This document shows positions 24,453-35,915 of a DNA stretch of 64,000 nucleotides, piece by piece. How positions within the stretch are numbered: the stretch's first letter is position 1; the number at the start of each line of letters is the position of its first letter. Below the pieces are notes generated by a model, which was not told the DNA's origin, searched no databases, and was given only the letters and a program-made list of their open reading frames with translations. Origin of the DNA: Dimorphilus gyrociliatus (Eukaryota > Animalia > Annelida); contig CAJFCJ010000005.1 in NCBI GenBank assembly GCA_904063045.1, positions 2,061,988 through 2,125,987 of the forward strand. Direction: 5' to 3'. Both the position numbers and the translations under genes were made by a program.

Positions 24453-25591
24453 TTACATTATATCGTCCTGTGGAATTGCTACAAAAGTCCTTGTATCATC
24501 GTTTTCATCTATTTTAGTTGGTCGTAATCGAACAGAACTAGCATCTTTAGATTGGCAACCAACATTTTTAAACTCTTCAAAGTAACCGTCATTTGACCAC
24601 ATAGCGTCAATCACAACTTGAAATTTCGCCATTTTATAACAAAAATGTTTCTATTGGGAATGCAAAGTTAAGTAAAATCCAAATAAAAGGCCTTTTTATT
24701 ACTTACCAAAAGTCTCGACTGTTGCGATGTTAGTACTTCACCTTTCTTACAGATCACGTAGTCTTCTCGCAAATTAATGATGCCTAAAAAGAAACGCATT
24801 AAGAATTTTGGCTTATGACATTGTTGCAGCAAATAGTAAAATTTAGGAAGTATCAGACCTATCATTTACACCCTCATAGATTTCAGGGTTAGGCTCAAGT
24901 TTTCGTCATATTTAGTATAGACTATTGAAAATGCAATGCATAGAAAAAGCATGCTTACCTCTTACAAGTTTCGTTGGAAGACCTAATTGACGCAGTTCAG
25001 GTTCCATATTGAAAGGGAACATTTCTAATGGACCTTCTTCAAGTGAAACGGTTTGTTCGGCTAAATTTCCCGCTCTAGCATAGTCAGCTTCAGAATAATT
25101 GGTAAACCATTTAAGAACATCCTCCTTAGTTTTATTAGTAAATAGTAAACCCGTTTGCCCTTTCAGACGTTTGGATATAAGATGTACATTTGGTTTATAA
25201 GCCTCTTCTTGAACACGTCCCAAAGCAATACTCATAACCTTATTCTTTCCGAAGCAAAATTTACTACCTTTCCATTCTAAACGAACGTCTTTTAAAAGAC
25301 CATTTCGCATATTGGCAACGGAAAATGTAAATACTCTTTCATACTTGTCAAGAGCTTCACGGATCTGAGTCAGAAAAGAAGATTTTTATAGATATGAAAA
25401 TCATGCTGCTTTTCACGAAAATAAAAATGCTTACATTCTCTATTAATTTTCCTTTTATATCTGTTCCTTTCTTGGCCGTCTGCGTAAGAGACACTGTAGA
25501 ATTAGAAGAATTATTATTTAAAGATATTTTTGAAATATTAATATAATAAATTTCAAAAATTACCTTTACGATCTCTCTTCGACCTCGGCAT
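24453..25591 (-). CDS. MRTO4: mRNA turnover 4 / ribosome assembly factor Mrt4
   Basis: MPRSKRDRK start, [51 protein letters not shown]. Confidence 0.95.
24850..24912 (-). ncRNA. Candidate intronic box C/D snoRNA in MRTO4
   Basis: C-like ATGACGA (24909-24903), D' CTGA, C'-like ATGAG, D CTGA (24856-24853). About 66 nt upstream of the 3' splice site in an unusually long (~170 nt) intron. The terminal stem is weak. Confidence 0.5.
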
Positions 25592-25874
25592 TTTTCTAAT
25601 TCCGACCACGTGAATTACACCGGAACCGGATATACAGAAAATGCAAGTGAGGCACTGTGGGAAAGGTTATTCTAATTGATTCTCGTCTCAAACTGTCTGA
25701 CGGCTTTTTGCACTTATTCAGTGCTTATTTCTCACCTACGTTATTCAGCGGCTCTTCTTGTTAAATCCAAATTCCTAGTAAGTATATCTTTACTTTACCT
25801 ACATATTCTTGGTGCTTAATAGCAAAAGCCGGTGCTTGTCGAGCCGTTTTGCGGCTTTTTCCCTGGTAACCGTG

Positions 25875-25882
25875 TGACGTCA
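25875..25882. promoter_or_regulatory. CRE palindrome in the MRTO4/14-3-3 divergent promoter region
   Basis: TGACGTCA. A YY1-like CGCCATTTT lies near 25976. Confidence 0.4.
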
Positions 25883-26338
25883 CAGTCCCGAGTTAAAATG
25901 AGTCATTGTCTAGATGTCATGATGCTAATAAAAGCAGAGGTATTCTAAAATGGCCTGTATAAGTTGATTTTACGCCGCCATTTTGAATAATTGTGAAGTT
26001 GATAGTCTAATCTCATTGGTTCTATCGTTGCTGCACTGCGCCTATTTATAGACGAACTATTTACTTATCGACGGTAGGAACTGCTGAATTCCTCAGGTTT
26101 TTACTGATTATTTTAATAACTCACACTGTATTTTATATCTTTTGTTTCCGTTGCTCCATGTAAGCTTGTTGTTGAAAGTCAATTTTGTTTATGGCGCGAA
26201 ACCATACTTAAACGCGCAATAATACATGCTATAATTGTAGTTCTACAGTGTCCGCCATATTGAATTCAACCGATTTCGCCAAAAAAATTTCATAACTGAT
26301 CTCTTCTCTTTTACCATTTCCCTCACGCAGAATCGAGA

Positions 26339-28020
26339 ATGAGTACCGAAAAGGATGATCTGGTCCAAAGGGCCAAACTCGCTGAACAAGCAGAAAGATA
26401 CGACGATATGGCTGCAGCCATGAAAAAGGTAACGGAACTCGGAATGGACCTGACTAATGAGGAAAGAAATCTCCTCTCGGTTGCCTACAAGAATGTCGTT
26501 GGTGCGCGTCGCTCATCGTGGAGAGTGATTTCGAGCATTGAAGCTAAAACTGAAGGCAGCAAGGCCAAGCAGGAAATGGCGAAGCAATACCGCGAAAAAG
26601 TCGAAGAAGAGCTTCGCGACATCTGCAACGACGTCTTGGTGAGTAATCCATACCTGCTTTTTGTTCCTGTTGTGTGAATTCAATCAAACCAAAAAATATG
26701 GAAGTTAATTGTCTTTACTAATTGTCTGCCCTATCTCGCTTTCTATTCCGCCTTGTTATAAGTGCATGCGTATTGACCGTTTTTTCGAACAGGCCTTGTT
26801 GGATAAGCACCTGATAAGAAAAACCAAACCCGCAGAAAGTCAAGTGTTCTACTTGAAAATGAAGGGAGATTATTACAGGTACCTAGCTGAAGTGAATAAT
26901 CAGGGAAACAAGGATGAAAAATCGGATAAGCAAGGTTAAACACGTTTTTAGAAACGATGCTTGGGGACTGCACATACCCGCGTGTTGCCAGTTGACATGG
27001 ATTGTAGTAGATCATTGTATATATCTCTTTAAAACAGGGTCTGCTTGAAAAATTTCTCGTTCCAAAGTCGAGCAGCGCCGAGAGTAAGGTCTTTTATCTT
27101 AAAATGCAAGGAGACTATTATCGGTATTTGTCCGAATTTGCTGAATGGGATAAAAGTACCACGCCTAAAGATGATTTATCTAAACGTTTATGTAAGTGTC
27201 AGATGATGTGTGCTTACTCCCAAAAAAAAAATCCTGACCAATTAATATCTAGCAACTGGCAACAACACTATAAAACTCTTTAAGAATTTTAAGTATTTTA
27301 TAAAGTAAATAATGTTATCACAGACGTGATAGACGCTTCAAAGAAATCATACGAAGAAGCTTTCGATATAGCTAGAAGCAACATGCAACCGACTCATCCG
27401 ATTCGGTTGGGTTTAGCGTTAAATTTTTCTGTGTTCTATTACGAAATTCTTAACGCACCTGATATGGCCTGCCATTTGGCAAAGCAGGTAATCGCGAGTT
27501 TTGGGCGTCTAATACGGAATGTGCATGTCTCCAAACCTAGATATACGAGATTAATAATATAGGTGATTGATAACGCTTTTTTGAATTAATTTCAACAGTG
27601 ATGAATGAAGTGATTGACAATTCTCGTAGTGCTTACCAAGATGCTTTTGACGTAGCTAGGAAGGAAATGCAGCCTACTCACCCCATCCGACTCGGCCTTG
27701 CATTGAATTTCTCAGTATTCTATTACGAGATATTGAACAGCCCAGATAAAGCATGTGAACTAGCGAAAAAGGTGTGTTTTCAATTTACTAACTTGTTTTA
27801 TTTGAGTTTGAAATCAAAATTTACCCAAAAATGCTTTGTCTACCTATTCTAACATCTTTTTCAGGCTTTTGATGACGCTATTGCCGAGTTGGATACATTG
27901 AACGAGGATTCGTACAAGGATAGTACATTGATCATGCAATTGTTGCGTGATAACTTGACCCTGTGGACTTCTGATACGAATCAGGAGGACGGAGATCAAG
28001 GAGATGGTGGTGACAATTAG
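26339..28020 (+). CDS. YWHAZ: 14-3-3 protein (zeta-like). Exons 26339-26638, [26793-26934 | 27038-27191], [27324-27487 | 27599-27771], 27865-28020
   Basis: [66 protein letters not shown] and [22 protein letters not shown]. Two duplicated exon pairs have matching phases. Confidence 0.97.
26983..27264 (+). promoter_or_regulatory. Putative selector/docking RNA duplex: 26983-26994 TGTTGCCAGTTG with 27253-27264 CAACTGGCAACA, flanking 14-3-3 exon 2B
   Basis: Perfect 12-nt reverse complement in the two introns flanking exon 2B. Confidence 0.7.
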
Positions 28021-29794
28021 AGCCTTCCATCCATTCAGTTTAGGAACTGAGTCTGTGTGAATGTATGAGCGTACGTTTTTTTCATCCGCATCTACCGAAA
28101 AAGTTTATCTTCATCTATTTGTCTGCTTGTTGTAATAATATATGAAAAAAAGGTGTTGTATTGGCATTCTCTATTGCCGGTGTGCGTACAATACATTAAA
28201 TGCTATGATGAAAAAAAAAACACATCATTTCGTTTTACAGCCCGTAAGAATTTTTGTCATGATTTAAAATTGTACGTTACTTCGTTTTTTGTAATGACGA
28301 TGAACGTAGATACATATATATCTTATATATATGGTTCATTTCGATTAAACGCAACCAGTGTTTTGTTATTTAATTGGTTTTTACTAGTAACTACTCGATG
28401 CTATAAATCTTAGCTGTTCATTGAGGCTGTTTTGGGGGTAATTTCAAATACATGTAACACAGACAAGTACTTCTTCCTTCAAAAATAAAGCTTAGTGTTT
28501 TCATTTAGCATTTAATTATCGCATATTTTTTTTGTTTCATCCTCAATATTTTATTACGGTTTTCTTAAGTAAAAGAATAAACATCTGGATCTGATAAAAA
28601 AAGAGTAGAGAAAAATTGACCGAAAACATAGTTTGTCTTGCCATTCGGCTTATATCATGTGATGGAAATTAAATAACAATCAAGCTTCTGTATAATTAAG
28701 CAATATTAATTCTCTATCTCAGTATTAGTTGGCGGTCTATATCACCTCTCGTATTCTTTGGTTGTAATTAATTTTTAGCAGTTAAAATAAACATTGTATA
28801 TCGACTTAATCGCTCTACTGTTCTCTCCCTCCATTTGTCCGTGTGTGTAATTATTAACAATCTAGAAAAAACCAGAGAAAAAAAGCCTTTTTGTTCGCTT
28901 TTTTTCTCCATCGTATTAGAATATTCATTATTTGCATATTTTACGTATATTATATCAATATTTATTTATATTTTGTCTAAGCTTTCTCCCGCTATTCCTT
29001 CTCTTACCTTCTAGACCGGTTTTTTAATACTAATGAATGTCTAATGATGCGTAACGCTTGTCTATGGCCCTTGTCCTAAAGTCAAGAGTTTGAAATAACC
29101 TTGAGATGACTGGCTGTCCTTTACGAAATTTAACCTCAGATAAACTGTACGTTCATGAATAGTATATGTACTTCTAATCAACTCCTTGTTACTTTCAACC
29201 TCAGCAGGAATTGACTAATGTAGTCTTTTACGTGCGGGTTTAGACCTTGGCAATGTACCGAAATGTATTCTTCCTATTAGACATCAATATATTATACCAA
29301 TTATAGCATTTACTAATGTACTGTTATATATATTTAGTATAACGTTTCTTATAACAACGCCAGCGCGTTAACCTAATATTTTAAGTTTGTCACCATATTA
29401 CAGACGGAATATCGTGATTGGAATTCGATTTTATCTCATTCTTTGCTGCTTAAAATATTACTAGTAATATACATAACATTGATATATAGGCCGTTTACCT
29501 GATAATATAATATGAAAAGAATGTATGAACATCATAAAACGATATCAGCTTGTTTTATCTATGAATTTGTAAATGAATTTTTTAAATTATTTATACAAGT
29601 CGTGACGTCTGGAATAGCTCTCTTTTTTTTTGCAATCGGACAAATTATTGTAAAAAAAAAAGCCTTGATATATCGATATGGCCGTTTAAAAAATCGGTCG
29701 AAATCGATATGGGACGATCCGATATTCAAGATATAGGATAGAATCTCCACTTTCATTTGAATCTTTTTTTTCGTTTGCCGTAAGATACAAAATC

Positions 29795-29992
29795 ATGTCA
29801 ACCTCCTCGCGAGAAGCCTTGGAGGCTATAAAGAACGTATCTGAATTACTAAATACGGGTTTGACGTCTGAACAACTGGTCACTTGTGTGAAGTTAATAG
29901 AAGAAGGGATTAATCCGGAAGTGCTTGCTAATATTGTTATTCAATTGAGAACGGCTACTGAAGAAAGCGGTGTCGACAGTGTATCTCAGTAA
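29795..29992 (+). CDS. MZT1: Mitotic-spindle organizing protein 1 (MOZART1), single exon
   Basis: SELLNTGLTSEQLVTCVKLIEEGINPEVLANIVIQLR matches the family pattern; 65 aa. Confidence 0.93.
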   Translation: MSTSSREALEAIKNVSELLNTGLTSEQLVTCVKLIEEGINPEVLANIVIQLRTATEESGVDSVSQ

Positions 29993-31450
29993 AAAATATA
30001 GAACTGACCCTAAAATTTTTACAAATGAAAGGAAAAAACGAAAAAAAAACAACTTTTTATGTATAAAAGTCTTAGATTTCCTTTTTATTTAATCAAAAAC
30101 TTGAATAAAATATTGTATGTTTTTTTAAGTCGCCTAAATTGTATATTTACATCAATGGACATTTTTTTTTACCATAAGGGACACTATATTTTATAATATT
30201 TGATTTACAGCTTATATATGTATGTATGTATGCTTGTGCGTTCATAAACACTCATTAGAATCATACAAAACAAATACTTGACATAAACAATGGCGCTAAA
30301 TACTGGTATTATTATATCCGTAGTTTAAACACTATCAAGCAAGATAACAATAAAACATTTGGCAGTGTTCACAGTTTCATTAATGAACAATAGAAAGTAT
30401 TAACAATATAGTAATTTGTATTTATATCTATGGCAATACAGATCTAACATCATATATTAATTCTCTTGCTATTTTGATAGTTCAATAAAGGGTTATATTG
30501 ATTTTATATAGAAAAAATTCTAGCAGTCAGCATTTTTTTATATAGATGATATAAGTAACGCAGACAGAGAGAGAGAGAGAGAGAGAAAACGATATTCTAG
30601 AAAATTCCCTTTCGGTGCTTCTACGTAGAAAAGTGCCTCTAGCGATCATAATTATTTGTATCTTTTTTAAACGTTCTAGCTTTTAAAAAACCCTCTTTTC
30701 TCTGATTCTTTTATTAATAATTTTCTTGTTTTATACTCATTATACATTATATTCACTGTAAATATATAATTTATTGTAAGGGAAAGGAAACGGCGGGAAA
30801 GAAGGGTCATCTAGTTGGCTAGCTGTTTCTACTATACTTGTTTTATTATCTAATGCATTATTTAACAATACTTTCTATGTTAAAGAAAAAGAGAAAGTGA
30901 TATACGAAGGGTGATTGCTAAACATAGAAGTTCATAAGTTCGTCATTCCCTTAGTTAGGAAGGTCACTGTTAGGTGATTTGCTTACCTCCTTCCGGAAAT
31001 TAAGAAACCGGTCATCGATTGAAAATATAAAAGTGGTATATTTAAACCGGGACAGTAATTTAATGGAGTTATACAAATTTTCTAGCATATTTACGATTTT
31101 TGATCTTATTCGTGGGAGTAGGAAAAGTAGGAGGATATAATGGAGCAAATACAAAAGATCTATAGTAATAGCAAATAATATACTTTCAAAACAGTTCCCT
31201 AACTTCTTACTCCTGATGGATGGAATAGATTTTAAAATTAAAAAAAACCCCTCAATTCTTATAAATTAAACAAATAGGTCTTAAGGGGAGAGGAGAGTGA
31301 GAAAAAGAGAGAGAGAGAGAAGAAAAAAAAGAAAAAAAATGATAGGCCTATAGTAAAGAAAATGAGAGAAAAAAATAACACGTCTTCTAAGAAATTTAAA
31401 AAATAAAAAAAAAAACTAGTTTGTTTCTTTAAAATAGAAAAGAAGATAAT

Positions 31451-34400
31451 ATGGCGACTAATGTAACAGTTTCGTCTCCCTCTAAAGATAACAATATCCC
31501 GGTTCATGAATCTCGTGAAGTTAGTAACGTCGATCCGACGTCTATTCCCATTTCAGATAAGATGGTTAATGGATCGGTGTCCGAAATACATCAACTTGTA
31601 ATCAAGAATCGTAAGAGTCGGTTGATAAAATTAATCAAAGGGGAAGGTCGGAAATGGATTGTTAAATTCTAAAATAAAGCAGCAATAATAATAATACGTC
31701 TTTAATTTCTAGATTCTTATAAAGAATTAAAAAACAAATACGGTCAAACTCCGCTATATTGTGCAGCTTACTTAGGAAGAGAAGGCTTAGTACGTTTTCT
31801 ATTAGACGTCGGTGCTAATCCAAATGAGTAGGTTTCTTTTCATTTGTTTTTTGTTGTTATTGTAATTTTAATAGTTTTAACCTAAATGAGATTATAAAAA
31901 CAGGAGAAGTAACGATAATAGTACTGCTGTTCATGCTTGCGCATTCGGATGCGATTGTTCAATCATGGGAAGAATGCTGCAATCAGGAGCCGACTTACGC
32001 TTAACTGATGAAAGTGGGCAATTACCAGAATATTGGGCTAAGTGCAAACCGAAAGATTCAAAGAAGATGCTAAAATACTTAACAGAAACTTATAATTACG
32101 CTAGTCAATTAACAAGAGGGTTAAGACACACCAAAAACTCTGCTATTCTCCAATCTAGGTTAGTGTGGATTATTTGACTTGTCGCTTTTCTCCAGGGATT
32201 TCTTTTTCCCTGCTTGTTTTTCTGTTATAGTTTTAATAAATCCAAGCCAAAATACTCTTCTCTAACCTCTCTTATTGCTATGTTCTCACCGGCGAAAAAG
32301 GCAGTGTCCCTAACCAATTGTTCATCTGATATATCGAAAAGAACAAATAGTTATGGATTTGGAATTGTTAGTATGAGTTCTAATCAGATTTAAAAGACTA
32401 TTCTCTATTATTTCCTTTTTCCTTTGAACAAAAACTTAGAAACGATCTCAAACCGCTAATTCTGGTATTCGAATAAGCGTTCCATTGGACGCCCCGGTTT
32501 TTAATCGAGATGACTTTGAGGAAGCAACTGAAAATCCCATTATTTACAGGAATGGATATTTTATGACGATGGAAACGTAATTTACACGTGTTTTTTTTCC
32601 TTTTTAATTAATTAGAGTACTGTTATTAATTATTTTTTATCAGATTAAAGTTTAAAGGCAAGATTAATGTTACTCTAAAAAGAATTTTTCGATCTAACGG
32701 AGCTAGACCTGATTATTTAATTCAAGAATTGAATAATATGTCGTTAGTAAACATTGAAATAATTGTTTTTAATTCATGATATTATCTTCTTTTTATTTAA
32801 TTTAATAGCAAATTATTCCACAAGAATATATTACAATTGTTAGGCGTCTATCAAAGAAGTAATCTACACGAAATGGCACTAATATTTGAGCATATAGAGA
32901 ATAAATCCTTATTTTGTCTGTTACACGAGGAAGGGGTAAGTTATTATCATATTTAGATAAATTAGGCGGATGTATCATATTAAAAGATTATCTGAATAGG
33001 AAAGAATTTTCGATAAACGTCAAATATATCGAATTGTAAAGCCTATATTGGAAGCATTAATGTGGGTTCATAGCCAGAATATGATCCATTGTTCTGTTAC
33101 ATCTCACGCTGTTCAATTAACCAATAAATATACAGCAAAACTTAGTAATTTTGAATTGGCAACTGATTGGTAAATAATTTGAATATTTTAATTTATGCAT
33201 AAAATATTCACTATATATATATTAATTTTTTTTTAGTGAACAAGCTGAAAATCCTCCCGATAACTGGTGGAATTACTTAAGGGAATTCGATAAAGGTTCC
33301 ACGCTGTTTAACTGGCTTGCTCCTGAATTATTGAGAAAACCTAAACGTTTCGATGAGAAGGTCGACGTATACGGGGTCTCCGCTCTTCTCTGGGAGATGT
33401 GCCATGGTAAATCAATTATAAATTTTTAAAGATTCTTAATTTATTTAGGAAAAATATTTTCAAAGAGCAAATTCCGTGGAAGAACATGGGCGGTGCAGCA
33501 ATTTGTGATATAATTCATAATCAAGGAAAATCTCTAATTGATTATGTAAACGAACCTAACGTTATTGGATTTAATACTTTCTACTCATTTTTACCGTCTG
33601 GATTAGCATCTAAACCTCAACAACGTAATTTGACAATTGATATGTTATTGCAAGTTATCGATTCGGCTGAAAAGAACTTTCGGAGGGAAGATGTATTCAC
33701 AACTGCGGAAGTTGATAATGAGTGCATATGACTTTTCTTTTTCATCATCAAATTTCACAATCTTATACCTTTCTTCTTCATAATAGATCTCATGTTACGT
33801 ATCTTATATCTAAAGCACCGCTTTCCCTGGAAACGTCAAAAAGATCCCACACTACTAAAAGCGGAACTCCAACTGCCCATAAGTTGAATGGCCCTAATTG
33901 GTCAACTCCAAATTTGGAAAAAGATGTCCTCTTAATGCCTAGATCGAATGCTTGTATTAAAGAAACGCCACAAAAAGACTCATACAAATTGTCTGTAAAA
34001 AATTCGTCTATGAAATTGACAACTAATCCTACTCCATCTCCAAGATCTCCATTTCAAAGGCCTTCTAGTAACAACAATGCTAAAGACGATCTTGTATTTA
34101 CACCTACAGACTCAGTAACCGATCTATCTAAAAGTTCTAAGGAACCTTTTAAATATTCATTTATGAATAGGTTTATCATTTAGTTTATAACATTAATAAA
34201 TTCAATAAATTCGCATTGATTGATATATGACAAAACACAGAGTCCAAGCGAAGTGGAGCACTATTTCAGCTACACCTCGAACAAATGATAATAGAAAGGA
34301 ACTAATGAAAGATCTCCTTCGAGAGTTAAAGACGAATCCCCCAAAGTTATCACCTCCCAAGAGTCCGCATAGAAATTTTGAGGAAACAAATCGAGTAATA

Positions 34401-35506
34401 GAAGCTTCTCGGTGTCCAAGCGGTGGGAAAAAAACATTAGGAATTATAAGTTCCAGATCGCCAAGGTAACCTTTATTTTACCTTTTCTCTTATTACAAAA
34501 AGAAAATATCCACACAACCTGACCTTTTCAGCACCATCAGTGTTTGTTCTAGTAGACCCGAGACGATAAAATCTAACCAGTCATCTTTAGTTAATGCTCC
34601 AAAAAGACCTACTAGTTTGTCTTTCAAACCGGCTAGTCATAGGCAAGATGGAATAAGGGAGTTAGAAGCTAGAAAATTAGTGAATAAATTACCTTCCCCT
34701 TACATGAGTTCTACTACAGGGGAAGGTGTCAAAGTCCCAAAAGCTGATTGGCAGGTAAACTGCGTAAAGGAACCTCTTCCATGCATCAAATTACTTGCAA
34801 AGTCTGTAAGTAAACATTTGCCTGATTCTCCTGCTAAGGTTCCTTTTTTCATTTACATGCTTAACATTCCAAGCATATCTTTCTGCATTCTTCTTTTATG
34901 TTTTAACCAATTTCTCTTCCTTTATACGCTAGGATGGGTCTGCCTGCAGTAAAACATCTCAAGGAACAGATTTAGCCTATTTAGAAGAAGATATTTGTCA
35001 AATTCTAAACCAATCGGGAAGTACTAATAATCAAAAGACCCCTGCTAATGAAGAAGATGGGTTAGACACGTTGATTAACATAGTTAATTAGTTTATTAAT
35101 TAACTAAAAAAAAAGTAAGAGAAATATCTTTCCCCATTTTTCATTTCGCCTTCTTTTAGGGGGAAGATAAACGAAATATCAGCGAGTGAGAACGTTTTAA
35201 AAGACGGTTGTAAAGTGGGCAAGAACGCTTATAATAACAATAGTTCAGCCATTCAACAAAATAACGATAGCAACGATAAATGCCTAGATTCCCCTGAGAG
35301 TCCTGGAAAAGGTAGCTAACTAAAATATGACCGTTGAAATACAATGACTTTCAAATCTTAGGCTAAAAAAAACATTTATAGTATACGAATTAATTAAAAG
35401 AATCGAAGAAGAACATAATGTGTATTATCGTCTTAATTTTATTATAAATGACTCTTTTGGAAGTGACGATTATAATTTAAGTCTAGATATGACAAAAGTT
35501 GATTGA
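31451..35506 (+). CDS. TEX14: TEX14-like ankyrin + pseudokinase protein; 3' end uncertain (35091 or ~35506)
   Basis: GQTPLYCAAYLG, GANPN, STAVHACAF, GADLRLTDESGQLPEYWA. Degenerate kinase: IHCSVTSHAV in place of HRDLxxxN, KLSNFE in place of DFG, WLAPELL. Phase-2 donor at 35061 joins an extra exon starting at 35160. Confidence 0.8.
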
Positions 35507-35915
35507 AAGAAACATTTTTACTTATATTGTATGAGGATAATATGATTTCATAAGAACTTAATACCGCTCATTAGATTTTACTATTATTGCTATGTTGTTT
35601 TCATACTTGATTAGTTTTTTTTTTGATTTTCTAAATAAAGATTTAAAAAGAACAAAATAAATTTTTTCTTTTAATTAGGAGAGTTGAATATTTAGATCTT
35701 TTTAATGTAAAAACTTTCACGCATTTAAAAATCATGTGTGGATTCCCTTCCTCGTCGATTTTAGATTGTACAGTAATAGGTGTGAACAGGACGCCAGTTT
35801 TTGAATCAACCGGAACTTCCGACGTTGAACTGCCAACATTTGAAAACATTTAAGCGGTTTTGCCTTTTTATTTAGTACAGATAACTTTTTAAGAAGAAGG
35901 TTAGCTGTAGAAAAT

